Part shown: positions 38,071 through 51,390 of the stretch, one piece after another
Layout: the number at the start of each line of letters is the position of its first letter
Position numbering within the stretch: the stretch's first letter is position 1
NCBI RefSeq assembly: GCF_006345805.1
Contig: NC_043004.1
Span: 32,612,001 to 32,676,000 of the forward strand
Direction of reading: 5' to 3'
Length of the DNA: 64,000 nucleotides
Source of the DNA: Octopus sinensis
Lineage: Eukaryota
Notes under the pieces: model-generated
Database searches by the model: none
Seen by the model: the letters and a program-made list of their open reading frames with translations, nothing else
Told to the model about the DNA's origin: nothing
Position numbers and translations under genes: made by a program

Positions 38071-38530
38071 TGCAATAAGGCGGCGAGTTGGCAGAATCGT
38101 TAGGACGACGGGCGAAATGCTGCTAAACATTTTGCACGTCGTTAGGTTCTGAGTTCAAATTCTGTCGAGGTCGACTTTGCCTTTCGTCCTTTCGGGGTCG
38201 ATAAATTAAGTATCAGTTGTGTACTGGGGTCGATGTAATCAACTAGTCCTCTCCCCTCAAATTTCAGGCCTTTTGCCTATAGTAGAAAGGATTATTATTA
38301 TTTACAATGCGGCGAGCTGGTAAAGTCGCTAGCACGCCGATTAAAATGCTTAGCGGCGTTTAATCCGTCTTCACATTCTGAGTTCAAATTCCGCCGAGGT
38401 TAACTTTGCCTTTCATCCCTTTCGGGGTCGATAAAATAAGTAGCAACTAAGCACTGGGTTCGTTGTAATCGACTTTTCCCTTCCACCAAGATTGCTGGCC
38501 TTGTGTCAAAATTGGAAACCATTATTATTT
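37585..38530 (+). mobile_element. Head-to-tail array of four SINE B copies separated by (ATT)n tails
   Basis: Copies start at about 37585, 37782, 38078 and 38308; each ends ..gtagaaagg(att)n or similar. Confidence 0.9.
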
Positions 38531-40774
38531 GCAACAACACACGCACACATTTGTTTACAAGTACAGTAGTAGGCATACCCCCTCTCAACCATTACGCCAG
38601 TACCCTAGGGTACCATAAACACTACTTACAGTGTACCCTTAATGTAGTTGCCCGGCAGAGTCAGTATGATACAGCGTGTGACCAGGAGGTCTTTTAAATT
38701 ACGGGTACTCTCCACCCATCTGTAACTGTCAATCCAGTCTCACTCACAAGTTATGAGTTGGCCAAGGGTTACAGAAAACTGATATTTGACCCAAGATGTC
38801 ATACAACCGAGTTGAACCCAAGACCTCAGGTTTGCAAAACGAACTTCTTACATTCGGCCATACTGCACCTAGTTTCCAAACAAGGGGTGCTCGGGAACAG
38901 GGGGTGCAGGCACGCTCTTTAATTTTTTTTCGGTGGTGGTGATACGGTAATGGAAACGCTTTGAACAATTTGGGTTGGACCTGGGTTTGCAACCCCAAAG
39001 CAGATTTTGATTCTGCACTTATGATCTAAGAATGGAAATAAAAGTTTCAAGTTTTGGCTGAGGATCAGTAATCTGGAGGGCAGGGGGCGGGTATGAGTCG
39101 ATTAGATTTAACCCAGTACATGACTGGTACTTTGTTTTATCAAACCCCGGAGGGATGAAAGGAAAAGTTGACCCCGGTCTAATTTGAATTCAGGCTGTAA
39201 AGAGCCGGAAGAAATGCCTCTAAGCATCTAACGATTTCCAGCTCGCTGCCTCAGGAGCGCAGATCAAAAATAAATTAAAATAAAATGATTTACCATTTAC
39301 CTTACAGGCCTGGAATGTTATTGTTCCCATCTGGTACTGAAAAATCCTACGAAAGATCACAGTCAAAGACTTTCATGAAATGAAAATACTCGACTCTTTG
39401 GTACAAATTCTTTTCATTCTGACGTTATCTTGCTCATTCAAAGACTTACTCGAAGAATTAATAGACTTAGAAAATTATTTTGATGCTCCATACACAGTTC
39501 TAAGAATGAATTTGAAGTCTTCTGTCCAAAGATTCAAAGCAAATTTTCTGTCTAAGCAGGCTTGGGGTGTTGAAGGATTTCGACTAACTTAACTGAATGA
39601 TAGATTGGTTGAACAATTAATCAAAGAAGCGATTACTTTTCTTTCTCTGCATATTTTGTCAAGAAAGGAATCAATATTGAGTTGAAAACTAAGCACTGAA
39701 ATGTTGAAAAGTAAAAAGAGAACATTTGTTTACTAAACATGGAAGATGATACTGAAAAATTAGCGAATCAACAGCAGGATAACGGTGGCCATTTAATTAT
39801 ACCGTGTGGCCTGCCGTTCATGTGGTACCTTGCTGCACCCCATAGTACTCTACCGCATTCTGTGGTACTATGTCGCACCCTGTGGTAGGTAGCACCAGTG
39901 TTTCCGTGGCTCTTTTCTTCAGTTCTCACCGTTCGTTTGTTGTTGAAACTTTTATAAAGATTGGTGACTCTGGGAAGTATTTTTGTCGCACTGCATAAAT
40001 TAAAGAAGAATATTTTCCTATTTCTATCAAACGCAAACGAAAAAAAAAAAAAAAACTATCAAAAAGTCATGAACCACTCAATGGCCCAGATACATTAAAT
40101 TTGAAAGTTTTTTTTTAGAAAAGGTCCGAGGCCAATAGCAAACGCCTCATTGGCTTACATTTGGGGCCGCCAACCACTTATTATTGGTCCACTGATGTGG
40201 ATAAGGATTTCCAACTTGCACAATAAATCATTATATTTCTTTAATGATTGAGACATTAACTGCTGTCAAATATATCGGTAGGAGGCGTTGGCCCTCACAA
40301 GTATTTCAAAGGGGACGCTGGACCCATAAAAACTAGTTATAAACCACAGGTCCACATCAAAAACTATACCCCCACGGGTGACTTATACAATTATTAGACA
40401 TGATCATAAACCCCAACGTCAACGTCCATTACAAATAGCAATAACACTATAATTGTGGAGAACAGTCAACATGGAACCAAGGGACTCGCTATGCAGTCGT
40501 TCAATTTATTAGATATAGCAAACAAACTTCACTCAGATTGTACTTTATTGTTTTAAATGGCAATAAAAGCATTCAAAAATACGGTTCTGGACACACTCCG
40601 TTACGAAAAAAATCATAAATAGAAGAGATGGTCACAGCTTGAATGTTTTTTTTTTATCGTTTGAACATCTGATGTTAAAAAAACAAACAACAACAAAACA
40701 TGTCAATATCAGTTTAAAAGTTGTACAATACAAATACATACATAATACCACATAAAAGTAATTCTTCTTCTTTT

Positions 40775-40812
40775 TTCTTCTTTTTCTTCTTCTTCTTCTT
40801 CTTCTTCTTCTT

Positions 40813-40843
<31 letters not shown>

Positions 40844-40862
40844 TTATTATTATTATCATTAT
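40775..40862. repeat. (TTC)n(TTA)n array
   Basis: Direct inspection; explains poly-R/K/F ORFs. Confidence 0.95.
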
Positions 40863-41074
40863 TAAGGCGGCGAACTGGCAGAATCGTTAGCATGCCGGGC
40901 GCAATGCTTTGCGGCATTTCGTCCGTCTTTACGTTCTGAGTTCAAATTCCGTCGAGGTTGACTTTGCCTTTCATCGTTTTGGAGTCGATAAATTAAGCGC
41001 CAGTTGAGTACTGGGATCGATATAATCGGCTACTCTTTCCCCACCCCCACCCCACAAAGAAGACCTAGTAAACG

Positions 41075-41534
41075 CAGAGCCAGATTTATGCAAGGGCAAA
41101 ACTTGGGCGGCCCCTTTAACCCAGAAAATCCTAAAGATTGGAGCTAAAAATCTAAAAGAAACCACATATTTACAGCAATCAAATTTGTAATTTACTTTTT
41201 ACTTGTTCATTCTTTTTATCCAATAGAATTCTGTTATTGTGTTCTCTCTTGATTTTGTGGGCCTGTTTAGATTTAAGAAGCCATTAAATTTAATTGAGAT
41301 CCTCTGAAACTTTCGAGGCCCTTTTACATTTTGAGGCTGCTTCAAACTGTTTGGGGCTTCTAGATTTAACGGGGCACTCTTTATCATCGTATGCTCTGAA
41401 TTAGCACTTTTATGTTAAAAAAGGGAAATCTAAAATAAACTTCCGAAAATATATTCTAAAAATAGACGCAAAATCACTTGGGCCCCTAAAACTTATTTAC
41501 TTCGGGGGCTCCTCTAGGTCTAAATCGGGCCTTG
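41075..41534. mobile_element. Non-autonomous hAT element (460 bp) with 8-bp TSD
   Basis: TSD agtaaacg at 41067-41074 and 41535-41542; TIR cagagccagattta vs caaggcccgattta (11/14). Confidence 0.85.
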
Positions 41535-41734
41535 AGTAAACGGTAGTAATCAGAACATATTATTCTTTTATTCTTTTACTTGTTTCAGTCATTTGACTGT
41601 GGCCAGGCTGGAGCACCGCTTTTAGTCGAACAAATCGACCCCAAGACCTATTCTTTGTAAGCCTAGTACTTTGCCGAAGCGGTAAGTTACAGGGATCTAA
41701 ACACACCTACTTGACAACCGTATCAATCGACAGT

Positions 41735-41765
<31 letters not shown>

Positions 41766-41770
<5 letters not shown>

Positions 41771-42150
41771 TCGTTAGCACGCCGGGCGAAATGCTTTGCG
41801 GCATTTCATCTGCCGCTACGTTCTGAGTTCAAATTCCGCCGAGGTTGACTTTGCCTTTCATCCTTTCGGGGTCGATTAAATAAGTACCAGTTACGCACTG
41901 GGGTCGATGTAATCGACTTAATCCGTTTGTCTTTCCTTGTTTGCCCTCTCTATGTTTAGCCCCTTATGGATAGTAAAGAATTAGGTATTTCGTTTGTCTT
42001 TACGTTCTGAGTTCAAATTCATCCTAGGTCGACTTTGCGTTTCATCCTTTTGGGGTCGATAAATTAAGTACCACTTGCGTACTGGGGTCGATCTAATCGA
42101 CTGCCCCTCCCCCAAAATTTCGGGCCTTGTGCCTAAAGTAGAAAAGAATA
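41766..42150 (+). mobile_element. SINE family B: head + long unit + short unit
   Basis: Second B-box/core unit begins after ..aagaattaggtatttcg. Confidence 0.88.
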
Positions 42151-42932
42151 TTTCAGCATAGAGAAAAAAAATATACAGGTCTTAACGGAATGCAAATGCG
42201 ATAAATCTGCGGATTAGGGAAATTCACTTGGTAAGAAAGTGGAAACCCAACCTGAACATTGAGGCCAACAGCATGTCTGGAAGTGCTTAATCTTTTATTT
42301 GTTTCAGTCATTGGACCGTGGCCGTGCTGGAGCACCGCCTTGAATGGTGTTAGTCGAACTCCCAGTATTCACTTTTAAAGCCTTGTACATGTTTTATTGG
42401 TCTATTTTGCCGAACCGCTAGGCGATGAGGGCTCAAACAAACCAGCATTGGTCGTTAACTGATGTGTATGTGTATGTGTGGGGATGTAAATACAAGCACG
42501 GACGCACACATATATGTGACGGTCTTTCACGTAGTTTCCATTTACCATATTCACTCGTAAGGTATTTGTCGGCCAGGAGCTATGGTAGAAAACTTTTGCC
42601 CGTCCAAAGAGCGTCGCGTAGTAATATTGAACCCCCAAGCCATGTGACTGCAAAGCGAGTATCTTAACCATATTTGTTTTTGAAACACAAAATATGCCAA
42701 TCTATCAACGTGAAAAAACAGACAGTAAATCTGTTGAGGAGTTTTTTTTTTTCAAATTGAAAAACCTTCATGAATAGATTTTAACAATAAAACCAGCAAC
42801 ATGGCTCCAAGTCCACTGTTATTTGTTAAATTAATTTAGAACCGCGTGATGCTGTTATGCAATTCTATGCAAATCTCTCTCTCTGTCTGTCTAACTACCT
42901 CTCTCTCTCTTTATCCCTCCTCCCTACCTCCC

Positions 42933-43011
<79 letters not shown>

Positions 43012-43035
43012 ATCTATCTATCTATCTATCTATCT

Positions 43036-43083
<48 letters not shown>

Positions 43084-43392
43084 CCTATCTGTCTATCTAT
43101 CGCTTCCCCACTTTGTTACAGTTAAGCAGTAACCCTAACCCATCATCCGTTCTACGATTTTTTTTTCCCAGAATATTTTGGTTAGTTGGTTGTTTTAAGT
43201 TATTTTATCGCATCGCTGTAAACTGTAAACCACATATAACTGCACTAGCTCTCTCTCACCCACTTCTTTATATATATATGTATATATACATATACATATA
43301 CATATGCACCCCCCCCATACACACACATACGCACACACATACGCACACACACACACACATGTATGCAAATATGTATACATCTCTTTCTCTGT

Positions 43393-43435
<43 letters not shown>

Positions 43436-43446
43436 ATATAGGTATA

Positions 43447-43571
<125 letters not shown>

Positions 43572-43575
43572 TATA

Positions 43576-43643
<68 letters not shown>

Positions 43644-44002
43644 TAATATAAATAATTTGGGAAAACAATTTCCAAATCAATCAGGTGCAACCCTACAGTG
43701 TTATATGCATCTACATATCGTACTTTGGGCTCTTATTTATCGTATATCTATATATTTATCTATAAAAATACAAAGTATCTGATAAAAGTCAGTATTCAAT
43801 TTTTTGGGGATTAATCGATATGCGGGTGTTGTATTTCAGATCATACAAAAATAAACCTAATGAGTATATCTGACAGTAATCTCATGATATCACTTTACAC
43901 ATCACGAAATAACACTTAAAGGATATAACCGAAGTTACCAGCTATATAATGTACTTCATTAATTATATCAAACTTTAGTTAATACTTATATTTATTAAAT
44001 AT

Positions 44003-44148
44003 GAAAGAACTACACGTGTTTCAGTATTGGAAGATTACAATATATATACATATACACAACTATATCTATATATATATATACATATTTAAATACATATATG
44101 CAATCATCAGATTTACAATTATTCCAACATCTCTTCAGGTTCTATTTC
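44003..44148 (-). ncRNA. Type I hammerhead with long, AT-repeat-filled stem II
   Basis: agaac-CTGAAGA-gatgttggaa...ttccaatact-GAAAC-ACGT-GTA-gttct; palindromic ACACGUGU stem III, GUA site, first stem II pair G.U. Confidence 0.7.
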
Positions 44149-44412
44149 AAAATATTATATATAAGCAATACAATTAAGCATTAAAGATTAAAAATTACGA
44201 ATTAGAAATTAAGAATAAAAATAAAAAATAAAAATAGAAATTAAGAATAAAAATTATACTTTGTAATATTAAGAATTGAAATTTTTAAATTATACATTAT
44301 AAATATGAATTAGTATATATATCAATCATGTAAAATCAAGTATAAGTCAAATATAGAATGTGAGATATAAGATTAAACATCAGAATAAAAAAAAACACTT
44401 TAGTATTAACTA

Positions 44413-44589
44413 GGCGCAGGAGTGGCTGTGTAGTAAGTAGCTTGTTTACCAACCACATGGTTCCGGCTTCAGTCCCACTGCGTGGCACCTTGGGCAAGTG
44501 TCTTCTACTATAGCCTCGGGCCGACCAAAGCCTTGTGAGTGGATTTGGTAGACGGAAACTGAAAGAAGCCCATCGTATATATGTACATA

Positions 44590-44633
<44 letters not shown>

Positions 44634-44860
44634 TATGCATGCGTGTGTTTGTGTGTCTGTGTTTGTCCCCCTAGCATTGCTTGACAACCGATGCTGGTGT
44701 GTTTATGTCCCAGTTACTTAGCGGTTCGGCAAAAGAGACCGATAGAATAAGTACTGGGCTTACAAAAGAATAAGTACCGGGGTCGATTTGCTCGATTAAA
44801 AGGCGGTGCTCCAGCATGGCCGCAGTCGAATGACGGAAACAAGTAAAAGAGTAAAGAGTA
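44413..44860 (+). mobile_element. Full-length young SINE family A
   Basis: Near-identical to 3142-3541. Confidence 0.92.
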
Positions 44861-45473
44861 ACTAAAGTATGATATTATTAATGAAGTACAGTATATACCC
44901 AGCTAGTAATTTCGGTTATATCCTTTAAGTGTTATTTCGTGATGTGCGAACTGATATCATGAGATTACTTGTAAGATATACTCATTAGGTTATTTTTGTA
45001 TTATCTGAAATTGAATACCCGCATATTGATTAATCCCCCCAAATTGTATATATATATGTATATATGGTGGCTGCCCCCTCATTATCGAGTATGGCCATTG
45101 CACGAAGCTAAATCAATGCAATGCCTGTGCAAGAACATTTTTTTTAAAGTGAGGAAAAGCTGTGCACTGAGTCAATCCCACTCACTAAGCAACAGCAGCC
45201 ATAATCCGAAAAGAAGAACAAGTCAACATCATCGGTAACCACTGAGCCGGAGGTTTTATGTCGGAGTTATCCCAGTTACCTGAGTTACCTTGTCCTAGAA
45301 GGATGCCCTAACAAAGGCTAGGAGTCCTTCACTCCCAATAGTTTAATGGGACATAGAAATAATCGGACATAGAAATAATATGTATATATATAATATATAT
45401 ATATATTATATGTATATTATTAGTGAATGGAAGAAATGGAGTTGAACGAAGATTGTACAGAATTCCTTTTATT

Positions 45474-45556
45474 ACATCTACACATGTTTCAAAGGCCACA
45501 ATTTTCCAAATTCTGATTAATAAGGATACCATATTGCAGCTTTCTCTTCAGGAAAA
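45474..45556 (-). ncRNA. Decayed hammerhead, same family as 11225-11306
   Basis: ttttc-CTGAAGA-gaaagctgca..tgtggccttt-GAAAC-ATGT-GTA-gatgt; flank aaatggag.tgaacgaagat shared with 11189-11207; stem I degraded. Confidence 0.55.
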
Positions 45557-45646
45557 AGCAGGAATTACGTTGACAGAACAAAACAAAACAGAGGCGCAGC
45601 AAAGCAATTCGAACGAGGACGCTCCTTAAGAGCCCCATGGTTAAAC

Positions 45647-45683
<37 letters not shown>

Positions 45684-45724
45684 TATATATATAATAATAT
45701 ATTATATATATATATAATATATAT

Positions 45725-45774
<50 letters not shown>

Positions 45775-45839
45775 TATATATATATTATATATATATATAT
45801 ATATTACATATATATATATACATACATATATATATATAT

Positions 45840-45871
<32 letters not shown>

Positions 45872-46099
45872 ATATTATACATATATATATATATACATGT
45901 GTGTGTATATATACACACACACACACATATATATACATACATACACACACATACATACATTCACACAAACACATACAAAGACACACACACGTGCATGTAT
46001 TAGTAGAGCCAGCCGTCACACGTGTGAGTATGGACTTGGTAACATGTTACACGCTTTTTCGCTAATTGTTTTAGCTTCCTGTCTGTAGTTGCAAGCAGA

Positions 46100-47475
46100 C
46101 ATGGACCACACTTCGGTCCCTACACCCACGCCATTCCTCCAGCGGAACATCTTGAAGGAGAGAGGGATGCACCAGCGCCCCGATGGTACCCATTATTCAC
46201 ATGTTCGAGAAAAAATGGCAAAACGGAAGTTGCAACAGTCATTAAAAACAAGATAAAAAGATTTCTCCTCTTAGATAGAATTGCTTATTATCAAAAGACG
46301 GTCTGGGTATTGCAAGGAACTATGTAACTACAAAAACATGGAACAACCACCAATAAAGATTAAGAACTTTGTAATACGCCAATAGCTCAGGAAAGAGTTG
46401 AAGAATCGGTGTACATGCTCAAAGAAAGGAAATAATCAGGAATGGACAACCCTGCTGAGCTTCTGAAATATGGTTTTGAATTCATCAGTGGCCAAAAGAA
46501 TGGCCACAATCCCTAGGAATGCATGTTTTAATGAAAGTAACTTAAGGCTCGGCTAGAATTATTGACCCATCAGTTTGGTTAGTGGATCCAGTAGATTACT
46601 GCTAAGAGTTAATGTAAAACGGTTTCAGTCGGAGGCAGAAGAGATTTTCGCAGGAAAACGGGAAGGATTCACTCCATCCCTGCCATAACGCAGGATATCA
46701 GAGCATAATGGTAATTGAAAAATCTCTTTGACGTCAATGGAATTGAAGTTAATGAAAATTTTGTAGAAGTTGATCAATACAACGGCTTTATGGACTTGAA
46801 GAAAATCCTTCACCATGTTTGGAATGAAGGGCTGTGGAAAGTGACGAGAGATTTAAAATTTGACAGCTGCCTTATCTGGTTGGTTGAAGCAAAATAAAGC
46901 CAATGCAAAATAAAGATTTGTTTGTAGCTACTTCGGGTATTTAAAGAAGCGACTATCTCTCATTTTCTTTATTTTAGTTTCTTCCTGTCCACCAACGTCG
47001 CCAGCACATTACAAATGCCCTCCCATTTATAAGTCTGATAGAAATTTATGTGTCCTGCATAAAAATTCCAACAGGACTACACCCTGAATATCAATGTAGG
47101 AAGAGTCTTCAGGATAACAGTTGGGATCGGAAAAAATTGCATCCTCTCTCTTGTACTTTTCAATATTTTCCTGGAAACCACCACGCAGGAAACACTTCCA
47201 CCCAACCATTTCTATCGGAGGAGGGCCCCCGTGGAACCTACGTTTTGCTGACAATATCGATTTAATGGGAAGTAACGAAGCAGAACTGCAAACGGCAGGG
47301 ATTCACCACCGGACTAAGAAGAGCGTCAGGAGTCTACTGAACGGAAGGTATTTCAGAAAAGAGCTAAATTCTGATCAATAGAAACGGCTATAAATGCAGC
47401 GACAACATCACAATGAAGGGACAAAAGCGTAATGAATTAAACAGCTTATATTATCTCGGATCTTCTTTCAGCAAA
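46100..47475 (+). pseudogene. RTE-clade LINE reverse transcriptase remnant with an internal insertion
   Basis: SGMDN.PAELLKYG; RFQSEAEEIF..GF; FMDLKKILHHVWNEGLWKV; FRITVG..CILSLVLFNIFLE; NLRFADNIDLMGSNEAELQ; YYLGSSFSKD; heavily disrupted. Confidence 0.85.
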
Positions 47476-47689
47476 GACAGCAGCTCAGTTTTGATTCATA
47501 TATATTATATATATATAATATATATATTATATATATATTATATATAATATATATATATATATATATAATATATATAGTGTAATAAATAAAATATATGCAT
47601 ACATACATACATATATGTACGTACCTACATCTACATGTATATATACATGCATATATAAATATATATACGTGAGTACAGGACACCACAAA

Positions 47690-47974
47690 TAGACGCAGAA
47701 CTCAACGAGAACGGAAACGTAAAAATAAGCATGGAACGAACCTTTTTTTACAAAGAAAAAACAGAGTACTAGACAAACTACACAAGAAAAAAATCCCCTT
47801 CATCAGCTGTCCCTAGTACAACTCCAGCGTGTTTCGAAGGTGAGGACAGAACACGACTCGTCGAACTAGCCCTTCCTGCGAAGAAATTAAAGGAAATTAC
47901 TTCGCAGAGTGGTAAAAACAAGGAAAGAACAAAATGTGACAAAAAAAAGGACGTAAAAACGGGACGTAAACAGG

Positions 47975-48014
<40 letters not shown>

Positions 48015-48640
48015 GTTCAATGTTACGGCCGGACATAGAATGACTATTGGTTTCGCACCAATAAAGCGCTTAGCAGTATACGCTCAATTGACTGAAGGCG
48101 CATAAGCTCTCCACACCTGGAGGATTATCTGTGCAGGGGTGCTGCAAGAGGGACGGAGTTATCCCTCTTGCATTGGCTCCAACCGTGCTGATATTCAAAG
48201 GAGTTGCAGCGGGCCTTTTCAACGAATGGAAAATTCCAAGTTTGTAGTTTAAAACGTTTTAGATGAGGGCACTGACTAAAACCTTCTTTCTTGGAGCTTA
48301 GCAAAGGTCTCCGGGTTGAACGAGTTTTTTTTCAGATTCTTGCTCTCTCTGCCAAGCAAAGCTCACATCGTTTGCTCCCATTTGTATGAGTCCCCGGTTG
48401 TATAAAGAGCTTTCAATTAATCATGTATGGGTTCCTTCCTCTTTTAAGCGACATGCGTGGCTGGGTAGGGACGTGATGTTGCGGCTTTCCTGAATTCTAA
48501 AAGAGGATTTGTGGCTGTTCAGACGTTGGTTAAACGGGTGCACGGTTGACCGACATATTTTCGTGTCTGTGCAATCGATGTGCTACTACCGCTGATGTTT
48601 CTTTCGCACTCTGTGACCGACATAACATTTAACTTCCTGA
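47690..48640 (-). mobile_element. Penelope-like element 3' remnant: GIY-YIG endonuclease pseudogene + pseudo-LTR region
   Basis: Minus strand RKYVGQ / PFNQRLNSHKSSFR..TSLPSH..LKEEG / GSKRCELCLAER / LLSSKKEGFSQCPHLKRFKL (48230-48630), followed by hairpin-rich sequence and hammerhead-like motifs. Confidence 0.8.
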
Positions 48641-48748
48641 AACAAATATATTACTTCTCTGTTGCTTTAGAGTATGATTCTGTTCGGATATATGAATTAC
48701 TGATGATGATGTGTGTATGTATGTGTGTGTGTGTGTATGTGTGTGTGT

Positions 48749-49011
48749 GAAGGTGCGTGGTCTAGTGGTCAGAGCATTGCGTTCACGATCGCTGGATCTT
48801 GGGCTCGATTTCCGGAACTAGGTGGCGCGTTGTGTTCTTTAGTGAAGCACATCATTTCACGTTTCCCGAGTCCACTCACCTATGAATGAGTAACCCAGTG
48901 ATGGACTAGCCTTCTGACCGGTGGGGTGGGAGGTTGGCCTGTTCGCTTAGCCAGTGGGGTGGCATCATTCGAAAGCAAAAAACGATGCAAAGCGCATTGT
49001 GACCAGCGATG
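48749..49011 (+). mobile_element. tRNA-derived SINE family D
   Basis: gaaggtgcgtggtctagtggtcagagc (A box) ... gggctcgatttcc (B box). Confidence 0.75.
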
Positions 49012-49039
49012 GTCAAGTTGATATTTTCTTTTGTTTCTT

Positions 49040-49332
49040 CTATTGCTTTCAGTCATTTGACTGCGGCCATGCTGGAGCACCGCCTTTAGTGTCGAACAAA
49101 TCGACCCTAGGACTTATTCTTTGTGAACCTAATACTTATTCTATCGGTTTCTTTTGCCGAACCGCTAGATTACGGGGACGTAAACGCGTCAACATCGGTT
49201 GTCAATCGATGGTAATGGGGGTATGAGGGGGAAGTACAGACACACAAATAACACACACGTATATACATTTATACATACATACATACATACATAAATATAT
49301 ATATATATATATATAATATATATAATATATAT

Positions 49333-49365
<33 letters not shown>

Positions 49366-49543
49366 GTAGGTCCCGGGTTGATTCGGGGTTAACCACAGTA
49401 AATAAGGTACTCAATACATAGCAGAGTAAAATTAATTTATTATATAGAAGGAGCTTCTACAGGACTAGAACTGTTTCATTCAAGAGGAAGATTTCTCTTG
49501 AATGAAACAGTTCTAGTCCTGTAGAAGCTCCTTCTATATAATA

Positions 49544-49588
<45 letters not shown>

Positions 49589-49760
49589 TATATAATATAT
49601 ATATATATAATATACGGCAGGCTTCTTTCAGTTTCCGTCTACCCAATCCACTCACAAGGCTTTGGTCGGCCCTTGGCTATATTACAAGATACTTGCGCAA
49701 CTTGCTATCCGTTAGGATTAAACCTGGAACCATGTGGTTTGGCTGCAAACTTCTTACCAG
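49040..49760 (-). mobile_element. SINE family A split at its internal microsatellite by a Penelope-type insert
   Basis: 3' part 49040-49250, 5' part 49615-49760; insert about 49365-49545 lies within TA repeats. Confidence 0.8.
49436..49545. repeat. Perfect 51-bp-arm palindrome, 8-nt spacer
   Basis: tttattatatagaaggagcttctacaggactagaactgtttcattcaagag-gaagattt-exact reverse complement. Confidence 0.97.
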
Positions 49761-49831
49761 ACAGAAAGAGAGAAGGAGCGAGCGAGAGAGATAGAAAGAG
49801 AAAGCGAACTTATTGATGAGTGTGTATGTGT

Positions 49832-49867
<36 letters not shown>

Positions 49868-50719
49868 TTATTAATCGGCAAAAAGTTATAAAACTAACTC
49901 TTAGGCCGAGCCCGAAACTCCCAGCACTTGAGTCACCTTTGAGGCTTTCTGCCGATGTAAATTATCGGAAAAGGAACACACACACACACACACACGCACG
50001 CACACGCACACACATAGTTATGTATATATGTGTGTGTGTAATCAAAATATCAAGAAAAGAAAAAATAACACTGGGGTTGATCCGTTCGATTTAAATGCAT
50101 TACCCCGGCGTGATGAATGAAGGATATATATATATATATACACACACGCATACATATATGTATGTATATATGTATATGTGTGTATGTGTGTATGTATGTA
50201 TGTATGTATGTATGTATGTATATATGTATGTATATATGTATATGTGTGTATGTGTGTATGTATGTATGTATGTATGTATGTATGTATGTATGTATGTGTG
50301 TGTAGGTATGTATGTGTACATACATACCTACACACACCCATACATGTATGTATGTATGTGTATATACATACATACATACATATATATATATATATTATAA
50401 TAATTTTAATATCAGTTATGGTATATTTAGTATGTTGGCCACTGATAAATCATTAAATAATGATTTATTCGAATTAAGCATATATATATATAAACAAACG
50501 GTGTCAAGTGGTAATTTTGTAACTATAAGTTTACACCGTATATTGACTATAGAAAATTGTCTAATATTGTGGTATATAAACCCACGACGAATAAAAATAT
50601 GCATTAATACACGTGGGAATCGAACACCTACACCTCTTATTTTCGCGATATATATATATATATATATATAGAGATATATATACACATATACATACATGTA
50701 TGCATGCTGTCTTCAGAAC

Positions 50720-51191
50720 CCCCCCTTATTCTCGCTTATCACTTTGTACCTCTCCCTCTCCCTCTTAATCCCCCTCTCACATTCACTCTGCATATACTTC
50801 CGCCATCATCTCCACACCCTATCTTCCTTCCTCCTCTTTCTCCTCTCTCTCTCTCTGTCGCTCTGTCTTTCTCCTCTCTCTTTCTCTCTCCCTGTCTGTC
50901 TGTCTCTCTCTTTCTCGCGCCAACTCATTCAAACACGAATACTTCTCGTTCGCCCTCTTCTCTCACACAAAACTAAACAGGTCGTCGCTCCTCTCTGACG
51001 GACACCAACAATAATCTTCACCTTCTCTACGTGTGTTCTTATCTCTTCCCCTCTCTCTCCTTCTCTCTCTCTCTTTTTTTTTTACGGATATTTAAGTGAA
51101 TATTATTAATTATCTTGCGTACCCGGCACGGAGCATAATTCAGGACTTCCGATACCGGGTAAGTTCTTTTAACATCTTATTTTAACTGCAG

Positions 51192-51231
<40 letters not shown>

Positions 51232-51349
51232 TGCATTTGTGTGTATGTGTATGTGTGTTTGTAGATATTTATTTCGTTATTTACCGTCTGTAAGAGTTAT
51301 TGTTGATAGACTGTTCAGCCTATAGAAATATTCCACGACCACTGTTGCA

Positions 51350-51390
<41 letters not shown>

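Larger units (their letters stand above)
43797..45046. repeat. About 185-bp inverted repeats (43797-43981 / 44859-45046) enclosing a hammerhead and a SINE A
   Basis: ggggattaatcgatatgcgggt..cacatcacgaaataacacttaaaggatataaccgaa..ctttagtta matches the reverse complement of the right arm with scattered substitutions. Confidence 0.9.

Noticed and set aside
39380-39592. 70-aa ORF with a signal-peptide-like start (MKILDSLVQILFILTLSCS)
   Set aside because: AT-rich hydrophobic bias, no recognisable domain, and conflicting splice signals on both strands.
46941-46952. TTAA-AG start suggesting a Kolobok/piggyBac end
   Set aside because: Homology with the 35077 copy extends upstream of the TTAA, so it is not a terminus.
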